NCBI GenBank assembly: GCA_951406725.2
Contig: OX597824.1
Location: 90,396,001-90,460,000, forward strand
Direction: 5' to 3'
Length of the DNA: 64,000 nucleotides
Source: Octopus vulgaris
Lineage: Eukaryota
Part shown: positions 1 to 14,400 of the stretch, in pieces
Position numbering within the stretch: the stretch's first letter is position 1
Layout: every line of letters starts with the position of its first letter
The notes under the pieces: generated by a model
Databases searched by the model: none
Told to the model about the DNA's origin: nothing
Seen by the model: only the letters and a program-made list of their open reading frames with translations
Translations under genes and position numbers: made by a program

Positions 1-70
1 GACCAAAGTTTTTTTTCTTTTCAAGGTCTGGGGTCTCCCGCCCCTAAGCCCTAGACCATCACCTAATCAC

Positions 71-90
71 CCTTACCCGTCTTGTTGCTT

Positions 91-143
<53 letters not shown>

Positions 144-307
144 CGAGCAGCGGCAACAACAATAGCAACAACAGCAAATTGTCCTCTTCATTCCTAGCAA
201 ACTCACTCCCCTTCTCGTTCTCCTCCTCTCCTTTTACATCTTCATTTCTAGTGACGTGCTCTCTCTCCCTCTCTCTCTCTCTCTGACTGTCTGTCTGTCT
301 CTGTTTC

Positions 308-310
<3 letters not shown>
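71..310 (-). other. Possible non-coding (5'UTR-like) exon ending at a GT splice donor
   Basis: Minus strand reads CAAGACGG|GTAAGG at 77/76, a good donor match. A motif-bearing island lies upstream at ~880-990. No acceptor or transcript evidence; the upstream boundary is arbitrary. Confidence 0.2.
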
Positions 311-344
<34 letters not shown>

Positions 345-1159
345 CCATCTCTCTCTCTCTCTATCAGCCTGTTGTTTGTCTGTCTGTCTCTCTTCCTCAG
401 TTTTTCTCTCGTCTCTCTCAAATAAAATTTGTCATCAACTCAGCCTTACACAACACACACTTATACACTCACACACACACGCGCGCGCGCACACACACAC
501 ACACGCGCGCGCGCGCACACACACACACGCACACACAAACATACATACACACACACTAACACTCTCATAAACGTACTCTGCTATTAATACACGCGCATAC
601 ATATACAAATACACAAGTACACATGCACATACATATGCACACACATATGCACCACACGCTATCCCCGCTCAGCTACCACCACCGCAGCCTCCACCACCGC
701 AGCCTCCACCCGCAGCCTCCACTACCACCACTACCGCTCAACACCACCGCTGCCGACACAGCCTCCACCACCACCGCTATCACCACCACCACTGTCGACA
801 CAGTCTCCACCACCACCACCACCACCACCACCACCGCTGCCGTCACCTACTCCACCGCCGTCGCCGCCGTCACCACTCGACGACTCCCAAGAAAGCCAGA
901 AACGTCAACCGGAAATTATTTAGAAAAATTGCGCATCGAAATTGTTTTAGCGACAGGAACAGGCAGAAAATTAGCTACAGAAGCAGCAACTATCCTCCTC
1001 CCCCTCTCCACCACCACCACCTCGGTCATCAACATTAACTTGCACAACCACCTACACCACCATCAGCAGCTGCAGCAGCATTAACATCATCATCTTCAGC
1101 ATCACTACTATATCCCCACCATCACCATCACCATCCCCGCTTCCACGACACTTAGAGCA

Positions 1160-3110
1160 GTGTAATAGTTTGTAGAAACTTGTGTTGATGAGTTTGGATT
1201 TGTAGGGACGTGTGTTGTCGTGTAGAGATAGATGTGTAGAGATGTGTGTTTTGTAGAGATTTGTAGAAATTGTTTTGCAAAGATTTGTAGAGTTGTGAGT
1301 TGTGTAGATATATTGTACAGATGCATGTTGGTATGTAGAGAATTGTTAGAGATATGCGTTCGTTTGTAGGGATTTGTAGAGATGCGCATTGGTGTGTGTA
1401 GGTTTGTAGAGATGTGTAGCATTTGTAGATAATTGTAGAGATGTGCGTGGGTGTGTATAAACTAGTATATATGCATGTTTGTGTGGATATTTGAAATGCC
1501 CGTTGCTGTTCAGAGATTTGTAGAATTTGTGTAGAGATTTGTAGAGATGCATGCTTGTGTGTAGAGATTTGTAGAAATGCATACTTGCGTGTAGAGATTT
1601 GTAGAGATGCATGCTTGCGTGTAGAGATTTGTAGAGATGCATGCTTGCGTGTAGAAATTTGTAGAGATGTATATTTGCGTGTAGAGATGTGTAGAGATGA
1701 ATGCTTGCGTGTAGATATTTCTAGAGATGCATATTTGCGTGTAGAGATTTGTAGAGATGTATGCTTGCGTGTAGAGATTTTTAGGGATGCATGCTTGCGT
1801 GTAGAGATTTGTAGAGATGTATGGTTGCGTGTAGAGTTTTGTAGAGATGCATGCTTGCGTGTAGAGATTTGTAGAGATGTATGCTTGCTTGTAGAGATTT
1901 GTAGGGATGCATGCTTGTGTGTAGAGATTTGTAGAGATGCATGCTTGCGTGTAGAGATTTGTAGAGATGCATGTTTGTGCATAGAGATTTGTAGAGATGT
2001 ATTCTTGCGTGTAGAGATTTGTAGGGATGCATGCTTGCGTGTAGAGATTTGTAGAGATGCATGCTTGCGTGTAGAGATTTGTAGAGATGCATGATTATGT
2101 GTAGAGATTTGTAGAGATGCATGCTTGTATGTAAAGATTTGTAGAGATGCATGCTTGTGTTTAGAGTTTTGATGAGATGCAAGCTTGTGTGTAGAGATTT
2201 GTAGGGATGCATGTTTGTGTGTAGAGATTTGTAGAGATGCATGCTTGCGTGTAGAGATTTGTAGAGATGCATGTTTGTGCATAGAGATTTGTAGAGATGT
2301 ATTCTTGCGTGTAGAGATTTGTAGGGATGCATGCTTGCGTGTAGAGATTTGTAGAGATGCATGCTTGCGTGTAGAGATTTGTAGAGATGCATGATTATGT
2401 GTAGAGATTTGTAGAGATGCATGCTTGTATGTAAAGATTTGTAGAGATGCATGCTTGTGTGTAGAGTTTTGATGAGATGCAAGCTTGTGTGTAGAGATTT
2501 GTAGAGATGCATGCTTGCGTGTAGAGATTTGTAGAGATGCATGCTTGTGTGTAGAGATTTGTAGAGATGCATGCTTGTGTGTAAATTTTTGATGAGATGC
2601 AAGCTTGTGTGTAGAGATTTGTAGAGATGCATGTTTGCGTGTAGAGATTTGTAGAGATGCATGTTTGTGTGTAGAGTTTTGATGAGATGCAAGCTTGTGT
2701 GTAGAGATTTGTAGAGATGCATGTTTGCGTGTAGAGATTTGTAGAGATGCATGCTTGTGTGTAGAGATTTGTAGAGATGCATGTTTGTGTGTAGAGTTTT
2801 GTAGAGATGCATGCTTGCGTGTAGAGATTAGTAGAGATTTGTAGAGATGTGCCTTGTGTAGAGAGTGGTAGAGATTCATGTTTGCGTAGAAATTTGTCGA
2901 GGTGTGCGTTGTCGTGTAGAGAATTGTAGAGATGCATGCTTGCGGGTAGAAAATTATTTAGATATGCGTTGTGTAAAGATTTCTAGAAGTGTGCTAATGC
3001 GTAAAAAATTGTAAAGATGTGTATTGTGTAGAGATGTGCGGAGATGCGTGTTGGTGTGTAGAGATATACAGAAGCGTGTTGTGTAGACATTTGTAAAGAT
3101 GTGCTATATA
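1160..3110. repeat. 30-bp minisatellite (GTAGAGATTTGTAGAGATGCATGCTTGCGT)n with degenerate flanks
   Basis: Regular 30-bp units from ~1531 to 2820, built from 10-bp subunits; decayed TGTAGAGA-containing copies extend on both sides. Confidence 0.95.
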
Positions 3111-3680
3111 GAATCGTGTGTTGGTGTACAGCGACCTCTACAGGTGTAGGGTTAATGGAGACAAATTATCCAATGTGTCCATTTTATAACGGCAGGATAT
3201 GACTTGAGGGAGATTTGGCTGCTGTTTCGAGCGACCACATAGGCTCAGTAGTAGCGTTGTTTAGGATAGTGGCGTATGTTGGTGACGATCGTGTGTTGTT
3301 TTGGCGTTGTTGCTGTTCGTGGTGGTGGTGGTGGTGGTGTGTGCAACGGTGTAAGACATAGTGATGTTGATTGTAGAGTTTGGTTAGTGGAACAAGTATA
3401 GATAGTGTTTTAGCTGTTGGTGGTGGTTGTGGTGGTGGTGGTGGTGTTGGGATTGCAGTAAAAACACGGTTAGACTCGTCGTGTTGCTGGGATGGTTAGG
3501 TAAAGATTTCGAAAACTTGGTAACACTGACAATAGCGTCGGCGCATTGATGTTTCGTGACCAACATGATGACACGTACATTGCTGATGATGATGATCATG
3601 GTTATTACTGTTCTTTTATCTCAGGCGTTTTTTTAGAGCTCCTGGAGTCTTGCATGCGTAACGGACTTGCTTCCTGCAGT

Positions 3681-3734
<54 letters not shown>

Positions 3735-3744
3735 TTACTATTAC

Positions 3745-3788
<44 letters not shown>

Positions 3789-3984
3789 TAACTATCATCA
3801 TCATCATCATTATTATCATCATCAACATTATCATCATCATCCTCATCATCATCATCATCATTATCATTATCATCATTATCATCATTATTATTGTCGTCAT
3901 TATCATTATCATCACCATCGTCATCGTCATCATCATCATCATCGTCATCATCATCATTATTATTATCATTATTATCCTTATTAA

Positions 3985-4069
<85 letters not shown>

Positions 4070-4186
4070 TTTATAATCATCATCATCATTATTATTATTA
4101 TTAATGTTATTATTCTCATTATCATCATGACATCACCGTCATCATCATCATGATCGTGATCATCATCATCATCATCATTATTATTA

Positions 4187-4242
<56 letters not shown>

Positions 4243-4337
4243 TTTATAATCATCATCATTATTATTATTATTATTAAATGTTATTATTCTCATTATCATC
4301 ATGACATCACCGTCATCATCATCATCATCATCATTAC

Positions 4338-4418
<81 letters not shown>

Positions 4419-4440
4419 CATCATCATTATTATTATTGAT
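3681..4440. repeat. Compound (CTA)/(TTA)/(TCA) microsatellite with an internal block duplication
   Basis: Triplet tracts; the block TTTATAATCATC...ATGTTATTATTCTCATTATCATCATGACATCACCGTC occurs at ~4069 and ~4243. Confidence 0.95.
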
Positions 4441-5370
4441 TTGACTCAGGTTGGGTCTTATTCCTGGTAGGATTCAGCGGGTTAGTATTGAAAAACTATC
4501 GAAAGCTTGTGGATACCTAAGGTTACAACCTTAGGTACCCACAAGCTTTCACTAGCTTTTTCAAGTGCTTAGAATCCTCCTGGTAATCTTTCCTGCCTCT
4601 AAGAGGCAAATTTTCTGTAGAAACTCCACAAGAAGACCTTCTATTCCAATCCCCTTCAACCATTTGTCTATATCCTTGCTTACAGTTCCCAATGCACCAA
4701 TTTTTACTGACACAACCTTTACGCTCTTCATGGTCCAAATTCTTGCAATTTCAAATTTTAAGGGATTGTAATTTTTTTTGTTTTTCGTCTTCTTTCTTTC
4801 CGATCCTGGAATCAAACGAAAATGATGGATCAATTAATAAACACCTTCGCTTTTCTCGGCCAATTATTGTTAAGTCTGGTGTATTATTATTTTTAGCTTC
4901 TTGTCCGTTTGAAAATGAAGGTCCCTCATAATCTTACATTTCTCCAACTCCAGCACTCTTTCGACCCCATGTTCATACCATGTGCTTCCAACTTTCCCAT
5001 TTCTGGCAAAGCCTCCAGTGTAAACTTTTGGTCATGCCTCTATTTATTATATCCTTCCTGTGTCAACTTGGGGCATTCTGCCACAACGTGTGTCACTGTC
5101 TCGTTCCAAGTTCCACTGACTCTACACTTTTCTAACATATTCTCATCATATTCATTTCCCTCTCCAGTTGTTAGTTTTTACCGCTTGATCTTAGGCTGCT
5201 ACAATTAGACTCTCTGTTACTTTTTTAAATTGCCGCTTTTTAATCAAGTCCAAGGTTTTCGGGTTCAGTCCCACTGCGTGGCACCTTCGGCTACTGTCTT
5301 CTACTATAGCCTCAGGCCAACCAAACCCTTGTGAGTGGATTTAGTAGACGGAAACTGAAAGAAGCCCGTA

Positions 5371-5446
<76 letters not shown>

Positions 5447-6100
5447 TTGTTCTCCTCAACATCGTCTGACAACCGATGCTGATGTGTTCACGTCCCCGTA
5501 ACTTAGCAGTTCGGCAAAAGAGAACCGATAGAATAAGTACTAGGCTTACAAAGAATAAGTCCTGGGGTCGATTTGCTCGACTAAAAAGGCGGTGGTCCAG
5601 CATGGCCGCAGTCAAATGACTGAAACAAGTAAAAGAGTAAAAGAGTATACATCTTCAGTGGTTCTCCAATGGTTCCGCAATGGTTTCTCTTCCATCTGTC
5701 CAACGTGCTCTCTTTGACTTTCATTCTTGTCCTTTTCCCCTATTCCATGCTTGATCACCCGTTCCTTCATCACCCTCTTTAGCAGTTTCTCTGTGCTGTT
5801 CTGTAAATATTCTAGCAGGCTTTTTCTTTCCATCTATATACACACATTTCCACAACAATTAAGCCTCTTCCACCCTGGGTCTCTCTTCAGGTACAGCCGG
5901 TTGATATCAGCTTTCGGATGGTGGACTCCATCCATTGTCAACAGCTTTCTAGATTTTTGTCAAATTTCTGTATGTCTTCTTTGGTTCAATCTATAATTCC
6001 AACTCCATACTTGATTAAGAGTACTGCTCTTGCTTTTATTGCTTCAGGAACATTTTTCGAATTCACTTTTGACTGCAATAATTTTCATACTCTCCTTTAA
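4441..6100 (-). mobile_element. Degenerate R4/Dong-like RLE non-LTR retrotransposon (3' part), interrupted by a SINE
   Basis: Minus-strand peptide EIARIWTMKSVKVVSVKIGALGTV...LQKICLLEAGKITRRILST resembles the RLE C-terminus; GGRGL-containing post-RT region at 5650-6100; 3' end runs into the TAA/TGA tract; many stops and frameshifts. Confidence 0.8.
5254..5647 (+). mobile_element. tRNA-type SINE family 1 (OK-like), with internal (TA)n(TG)n
   Basis: GGTTCAGTCCCACTGCGTGGCACCTT...GACGGAAACTGAAAGAAGCCCGT head and CAGCATGGCCGCAGTCAAATGACTGAAACAAGTAAAAGAG tail; family recurs many times in the window. Confidence 0.9.
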
Positions 6101-6123
6101 CATTCTTCTTTTTCTTCTTATTA

Positions 6124-6339
6124 GGCAGCGAGTTGGCAGGAACCTTAGCACGCCAGGCGAAACGCTTAGCGGTATTTCGTCTGTCGTTACGTTCTGAGTT
6201 CAAATTCCACCGAGGTCGACTTTGCCTTTCATCCTTTCGGGGGTCGATAAATTAAGTACCTGTTACGTACTTAGGGTCGATCTAATCAACTGCCTCCACC
6301 CCTCAAATTTCGGACCTTGTGCTTAGAGTAGAAAAGATT
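6124..6339 (+). mobile_element. SINE family 2, tail type A
   Basis: Body GTTCTGAGTTCAAATTCC.CCGAGGTCGACTTTGCCTTTCATCCTTTCGGGGTCGATAAATTAAGTACC; tail AAATTTCGGACCTTGTGCTTAGAGTAGAAAAGATT. Confidence 0.9.
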
Positions 6340-6487
6340 CTTCTTCTTCTTCTTCTTCTTCTTCTTCTTCTTCTTCTTCTTCTTCTTCTTCTTCTTCTTC
6401 TTCTTCTTCTTCTTCTTCTTCTTCTTCTTGTTATTGTTATTATTATTATTATTTTTATTATTATTATTATTATTATTGTTATTGTTA

Positions 6488-6525
<38 letters not shown>

Positions 6526-6775
6526 GTTATTGTTGTTATTATTATTATTGTTATTGTTATTCTTCTTATTATTATTATTGTTATTGTTATTGTTATTGTT
6601 ATTATTATTATTATTATTGTTATTGTTATTATTATTATTATTGTTATTGTTATTGTTGTTATTATTATTATTATTATTATTATTGTTATTATTATTGTTA
6701 TTGTTATTGTTATTATTATTATTATTGTTATTGTTATTATTATTATTATTATTGTTATTGTTATTGTTATTGTTA

Positions 6776-6816
<41 letters not shown>

Positions 6817-6910
6817 TTTATTGTTATTGTTATTATTATTATTATTTTTATTGTTATTGTTATTATTATTGTTATTGTTATTATTATTATTATTATTATT
6901 TTTATTGTTA

Positions 6911-6945
<35 letters not shown>

Positions 6946-6973
6946 GTTATTGTTATTGTTATTATTATTATTA

Positions 6974-7008
<35 letters not shown>

Positions 7009-7071
7009 TTTATTGTTATTGTTATTATTATTATTATTTTTATTGTTATTGTTATTATTATTGTTATTGTT

Positions 7072-7102
<31 letters not shown>

Positions 7103-7204
7103 TTATTATTTTTATTGTTATTGTTATTATTATTATTATTTTTATTATTATTATTATTATTATTGTTATTGTTATTATTATTATTATTATTATTTTTATT
7201 GTTA

Positions 7205-7239
<35 letters not shown>

Positions 7240-7302
7240 GTTATTGTTATTGTTATTATTATTATTATTGTTATTATTATTATTATTATTATTGTTATTG
7301 TT

Positions 7303-7333
<31 letters not shown>

Positions 7334-7399
7334 TTATTATTTTTATTGTTATTGTTATTATTATTATTATTGTTATTATTATTATTATTATTATTGTTA

Positions 7400-7431
<32 letters not shown>

Positions 7432-7435
7432 GTTA

Positions 7436-7467
<32 letters not shown>

Positions 7468-7477
7468 TTTATTGTTA

Positions 7478-7533
<56 letters not shown>

Positions 7534-7549
7534 GTTATTATTATTATTA

Positions 7550-7590
<41 letters not shown>

Positions 7591-7645
7591 GTTATTATTA
7601 TTATTATTGTTATTATTATTATTATTATTATTATTGTTATTATTA

Positions 7646-7677
<32 letters not shown>

Positions 7678-7705
7678 GTTATTGTTATTGTTATTATTAT
7701 TATTA

Positions 7706-7746
<41 letters not shown>

Positions 7747-7801
7747 TTTATTGTTATTGTTATTATAATTATTATTATTATTATTATTGTTATTGTTATT
7801 G

Positions 7802-7851
<50 letters not shown>

Positions 7852-7972
7852 TTTATTGTTATTGTTATTATTATTTTTTTAATTGTTATTGTTATTATTA
7901 TTATTATTGTTATTGTTATTATTATTATCATCATCATCATCATCATCATCATTATTATTATTATTATTATTA

Positions 7973-8056
<84 letters not shown>
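6340..8056. repeat. 1.7-kb (CTT)n then (ATT)n microsatellite with GTT/TTT variants
   Basis: Directly visible; begins at the SINE 3' tail. Confidence 0.97.
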
Positions 8057-8057
<1 letters not shown>

Positions 8058-8169
8058 TGTTTGTGGACGTTTACGTAGCTAATATTGCGGTATTGAAAAG
8101 AATGTGTAGAAAATGATAAATAGTTTTGCGTATTTAATTGAAATTCACTGCAAAACCAGATTGAATGCG

Positions 8170-8205
<36 letters not shown>

Positions 8206-8352
8206 AAGCGTGTGTGCATATATGCATCAATGTATGCACGTATGAATGGATGTATATGTATTTATGTGCAGGAATATGTCCGACGAATCTTTCCATTAAT
8301 ATATGGAGTTATGCATACTTAAATAAATACATACATACACACACACACGTAA

Positions 8353-8390
<38 letters not shown>

Positions 8391-8460
8391 ACACACGTAC
8401 GAACATACATACATACATACTGAATGCATATATATACATACATACATATGTGCTCCGGTT

Positions 8461-8494
<34 letters not shown>

Positions 8495-8764
8495 TATATG
8501 CGCCGGTTTATATGTGTATATATATATGTAAGTATGTATGTATGTATGTAGGTATGGATGTCTACACGCACGCACACACACTCTCTTGTACGAATGCTTG
8601 CATATTAAAATTTTATGCAGAGGCATATGAAAAAGAGATGATCATTTATTTATGATGCGTGTATATATGCGTAAAACCAAATGCACGTTTATACACACTT
8701 ACGAGTATATGTGCGTCGGAGTGTATACGATAGGCGTGTGTCAGCACATGTGTGTGTGTGTGTG

Positions 8765-8859
<95 letters not shown>

Positions 8860-9012
8860 TCGTCGGAAATACATGCAAAACAAACTGTTGAAGTTTTTTT
8901 TATCTCCCTTGAGGATAATATTCCTCCCAGCTTCTCTGAAATATTTAGTGAATTAAGGAATACCTTACCTTACACACTCACACACACATACACACACACA
9001 CACGCACCCAGG

Positions 9013-9043
<31 letters not shown>

Positions 9044-9173
9044 GCACACACACACACATATAAACTAAAAAGCTAGTTTTAATATCTATCTATCCATCTA
9101 TCTCTTTCACCCTCTCTCTCTCCCTCTCTCTCTACACACACACATATATATATATACATGTATACATACATAC

Positions 9174-9274
<101 letters not shown>

Positions 9275-9663
9275 CACACATATATGTACACAACATATAT
9301 ATATACATATATATATATTGCCCATTTTGTACGTTTGTATCTATGGAGATATAAATTTATATATATACGTGGTATATACATCTATATATATATTTATGTG
9401 TGTATGTATGTATGTATGTATGCATATATCTGTACGTGTATGTGTTTATATATATATATATATATATTAGATATATTGGAAGCAATATTACATATTTAAT
9501 AAATATATAGAGGCACATGCGTGCGTGCGTGGGGGTGTGTGGGGGTATTATGCCGTTCACCTGTGTGTTCGAGTAGAGAGAAAAATATACGCATATGTGC
9601 AAACATCAACAAGCACACATACATAGTGATGCATATATGTATCACTATGTCTATATACCTGTA

Positions 9664-9704
<41 letters not shown>

Positions 9705-9937
9705 ATGTATGTATGTATACATATATATATATAATATATATATATATGTGTATACATATACATATATATGTATATGTACATAAACATTTATATATATGTA
9801 TGTGTATGTATATAGATATGTATATATATATATATATATATATACATAGATATATTCATATATATATTTGCGTGTGTGTGTGTGCATGTATGTATTTATG
9901 TATGTATATGTACGTATATATGTAAATCTGTATGCAT

Positions 9938-10008
<71 letters not shown>

Positions 10009-10140
10009 ATATATAAATACACATGCACACATATATATTTATATATCATTATCATACGTACATGCATACATACATGTATACATATATATATATACATATA
10101 TCATATAACGTATAAATATTCACACGCACGCGAGCACACG

Positions 10141-10175
<35 letters not shown>

Positions 10176-10215
10176 GTACACACATGCATATGCTTGTATG
10201 CTATATGTCTGTCTG

Positions 10216-10284
<69 letters not shown>

Positions 10285-10538
10285 ATATCTATATGTGAGT
10301 GCGTGTGTGTGTGTGTGTGTGTACGTGTGTGCTTGTGTGTGTCTGTGTATGTGTCTGTGTATTTATGTATATTATATATGTCCACGTGGGTATGTATATC
10401 TGTCGAAATGAGAGATTTTCTGATCGAATTCTGTGTTTAAATAAAAGGAAATAGAATTTGTAAGTGGGAAGCGGATTGAAATTCGGTTGCGTTTAGCCGC
10501 ATCTCTAATACATAGATGGGACGTACCTGGGAAAGCAA

Positions 10539-10571
<33 letters not shown>

Positions 10572-10697
10572 TACGCATACTTAGACAATCAACACTCGTG
10601 CCACATCTATAGACGTACACATACACAAATAAAGTGTACTCTCAAATACACATATGTATACGATTATATGTGTCATGTACACACACACATATAGATA

Positions 10698-10784
<87 letters not shown>

Positions 10785-10868
10785 ATATATAGGAATATGT
10801 GTATAAATATGTGTGTATATATATTTATAGGTGTATACGAGTATATATATATGTTTATATATATATAT

Positions 10869-10915
<47 letters not shown>

Positions 10916-10939
10916 CATACATACATATATATACATACA

Positions 10940-10971
<32 letters not shown>

Positions 10972-11374
10972 GGCACACATACACTAACAAGCAGTATCGG
11001 CGTGCTAAATATAGCAACCAAAATTACCAAGACACAAATTTTCCACTTCAACACAAAGATGAAAGCGGGCAAATGAATAAAAAAACCCCAAACGCCCTAC
11101 CAATGACGAAAATAATAAAGTCAGACATTCCCGTATCTCCACGATTTCGAACTTGGAGAAATGCCCTTAGTTCGTCTTCAGCGAGTCCTACTGACCCCCA
11201 GTGTTATGGAGATATTCATCTCACCAATGTGTACGATGACCATTTTTAATGCCGCAGCAAATAAAAAAAAAAAGAATTTTATCGTTATGATAAACCAATT
11301 AGATTATAAACAATAATATCCTCATAGATGTATATATATATAATATAATATAATAAATGCGAAAACTAATTTCT

Positions 11375-11745
11375 GCCAGGTCACCATTTTTCAGGATGAT
11401 AATGCACCAATTGACACTGCTAAAGTTGTTACTGAATGACACGAGGAACATTCTAGTGAATTTGAACGTCTCATCTGGCCACCACAGACCACAGATCTCA
11501 ATATTATTGAATATTTATGGTGCATTTTAGAAAAACAAGTAAGGAGTCAATATCGTCCACCATCATCACTACAAGAACTGGAGACTGTTTTAGCTGAAGA
11601 ATGGACAAAAATTCCTTTGGAAACAATTCAAACTTTGTACGAGTCCATACTTCGTAGAATTCAAACTGTAATTACTGCCAACGGTGGTCCTGCCCCATAT
11701 TAAGATAAATTTGTTTGAAATTTTAAGGTGTTTCCATTATTTTGT
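11375..11745 (+). mobile_element. Tc1-like transposase C-terminal relic with probable right end
   Basis: Translates as FQDDNAPIDTAKVVTE*HEEH...WPPQTTDLNIIEYLWCILEKQV...LQELETVLAEEW...ANGGPAPY*, matching the Tc1 QDDNA and SPDLNPIE motifs; internal stop. Confidence 0.9.
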
Positions 11746-12835
11746 ATGTATGTATGTATGTATGTATGTATGTATGTATGTATGTATGTATGTATGTATG
11801 TATGTACGTACGTAATGTATGTATGTATATATAAATGTATGTATATATTTTCAATGAATACGTATAACAATGAAAAAATAAATAGTTACCTGGGTAGCAA
11901 AAATTCACATAAGCGCCAAAGATATTACCGACTACTAATAAAGGTAGAAATCCCAGAGTTAAATGAAATGTATAACATGGATAAATCAAGAAATGGAGTC
12001 AAACGAAGGTGTTATTCAAACCATTTATACTTCCAACATATGTTTCGAAGAAAGCATTGAGATTATTCCGGAGGGAATAAAAATGATATAAAACAATGCA
12101 ATCATCTCGTCGGGGGAAAAAAGAATCAAAACACATCAATAAGCCATCTTAACCGAATGTGATTACCGCGTACGTAAGAATATGATGTAAAGAGAACGCT
12201 AGGAAGTTATTTTTTAAAAAAAACGTTAATAGATTTAACGTCAAAGGCAATTTAGAGAAATCGAAGAAGGAGAAAGAAAGAAATTAATAGAAAATTAAGA
12301 GTGGAAAAATATATGATGTGATAGATGAATGAGAATAAAGTTTAAAAGTGTGGAAATAGATATCTGTAGTGGAAATGAAATGTAAGAAGACGGTTAAAGG
12401 TCGAATTTTATAGATTGGTAGAAATTACTTATTGGAACTAAAGGTATGTTTTTGCCAATGTTTACAACGATAAACGCATTCTTTAAACGCGTTTCCAAGT
12501 GTATTCTTCGAGAAAAGGATGAAAAATAGGTCTTCGTTACAGAGCGGACAAAAAGATTTGCCTTTGACATAGGGGAAAGATCTAGATTGAATTTTCCGTT
12601 CCAAAATGTATTGTTTATTCTGTTCCTTTAGAGACCAAATTAATTTACTAAGCCCAGTATTGTTGCGTTTATTGATAAGTCAAAAGGTAGAATAATGGTT
12701 AGATATTCTTTTCGACAACTGAGACGAAGAGCTACTTATGTAAAAAAAGACATCAGAACCGGAAGTAATTTTACATTGATAAACAGGGTTTCTAGTCTTA
12801 GAATTACTGCTAAGGAAACGAATTCGATTCGAATT

Positions 12836-13248
12836 TACTCTTTACTCTCTTTTACTCTTTTACTTGTTTCAGTCATTTGACTGCGGCCATGCTGGAGCAC
12901 CACCTTTAGTCGAGCAAATCGACCCCGGGACTTATTCTTTGTAAGCCCAGTACTTATTCTATCGGTCTCTTTTTGCCGAACCGCTAAGTGACGGGGACTT
13001 AAACACACCATCATCGGTTGTCAGATGATGGTGGGGGGACAAACACAGACACACAAACATATACACACACATACATATATATATATACATATATACGACA
13101 GGCTTCTTTCAGTTTCCGTCTACCAAATCCACTCACAAGGCATTGGTCGGCCCGAGGCTATAGCAGAAGACACTTGCCCAAGATGCCACGTAGTGGGACT
13201 GAAGCCAGAACCATGTGGTTGGTAAGCAAGCTACTTACCACACAGCCA
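12836..13248 (-). mobile_element. SINE family 1, near full length
   Basis: Reverse complement of the family-1 head, internal microsatellite and tail. Confidence 0.92.
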
Positions 13249-13259
13249 TATCAAAAATA

Positions 13260-14400
13260 TTAATATTGTTGTTATTATTGATCAAAAAATGGTTAGCGTT
13301 AATAATATCACTGTTATTATTTTCATTAAGTGGATTTGTATTTAATAACTTATGGTTATGTGAAGAAATGATTTGTGAAAGGTTTTTGGTGTTTGAAAAA
13401 CCTATCCTAATTCGGTGTGAATTGATAATAGAATGGTAAGTGAAATGTTTTTGGAAAATTCTTGTCTATAGCTTCACGAAATTTATAGGGGAGGTTGGAT
13501 TTGATCTGCTTATCAAATGGAATGACCAACCAAATTGTTTTACGAGAACAAACCTTGTTATTTGGGTAATAATCTTTAAAAGTCCCAGACTTATTTTTAT
13601 TACGTATAAAGGGAAATAAAGAACGGTTATCTCCCCTACACTGCAAAAATACATTTTTCAATTTATTGTTATTATTTGAACTAAAATTTATATATTTATT
13701 ACCGTTATGGTATGTTTTCATGTCCTGATTAATAGAGGCAGAATTAATGTCAATAGGGTTAATATACGTAGTTTTTTTATTATAGCCTGCTTTAAGTACG
13801 GCAGAGTTATAAAATTCGGCCTTATCTTTAAAGATATCAACATTAGACGATAATCTAGAAAGTATAAGAAAAATATTTCTAAGTTTCTCGTAATAGTCTT
13901 CGGGTGATTACTAAAAGAGTTAATATATTTTAAATTAGCTGAGGGTTTATGGTATGGGAAATATGAATCATTGTATAAGTTAAGGGTAATATCTAAAAAG
14001 TTGGCTTTAGTTAAATCATCATCGAAAATAATATTTAAGGCCATGTTTCCGAAAAATTTAACCAACCTATCTTTAACCCTTTGTAATTTTTGTTTAGAAA
14101 TATTTTAAAGGTAGAGTAGACACTCATCACGGTATAAACCTTCATTGATGTTTGAGAATTGATCAGCCATCTCATAAGGGGTATATATACTGATCAAATC
14201 AGCCAATTGTGCTGAGTCAGAACTTCCCATCGTGACATCAAAACTATCAGGCGTATCTTTACGGACCCAGAACTTATTTTCAAATTTAATGATTGATTTT
14301 CTGGCGGCTAACACCACTTTAATTTCATCCCGGGTGAGACCTGCTTTGCTGTGTGCAAACCAAAGTGCTTTGCTACCCAAATAAGTTGATGGGATTTGAA
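13260..14400 (-). mobile_element. Penelope-like element reverse transcriptase relic
   Basis: FDVTMGSSDSAQLADL, GLYRDECL, NFLDITLNL, PYHKP and YINSFSNHPKTI are Penelope-like RT/thumb motifs; frameshifted across several ORFs. Confidence 0.88.

Noticed and set aside
1531-2820. CRISPR-like array
   Set aside because: Contiguous tandem units with no unique spacers and no cas genes, in eukaryotic context.
1152-2879. 575-aa ORF of STRKHASLQI repeats as a real repetitive protein
   Set aside because: The 30-bp unit is essentially stop-free in all three minus frames, and in the degenerate flank the ORF drifts between repeat registers, which argues against coding constraint.
6303-8082. Long poly-Ile/Leu ORFs, and similar poly-YI, HT, CV, N and Y ORFs across the window
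   Set aside because: Translations of di-, tri- and tetranucleotide microsatellites.
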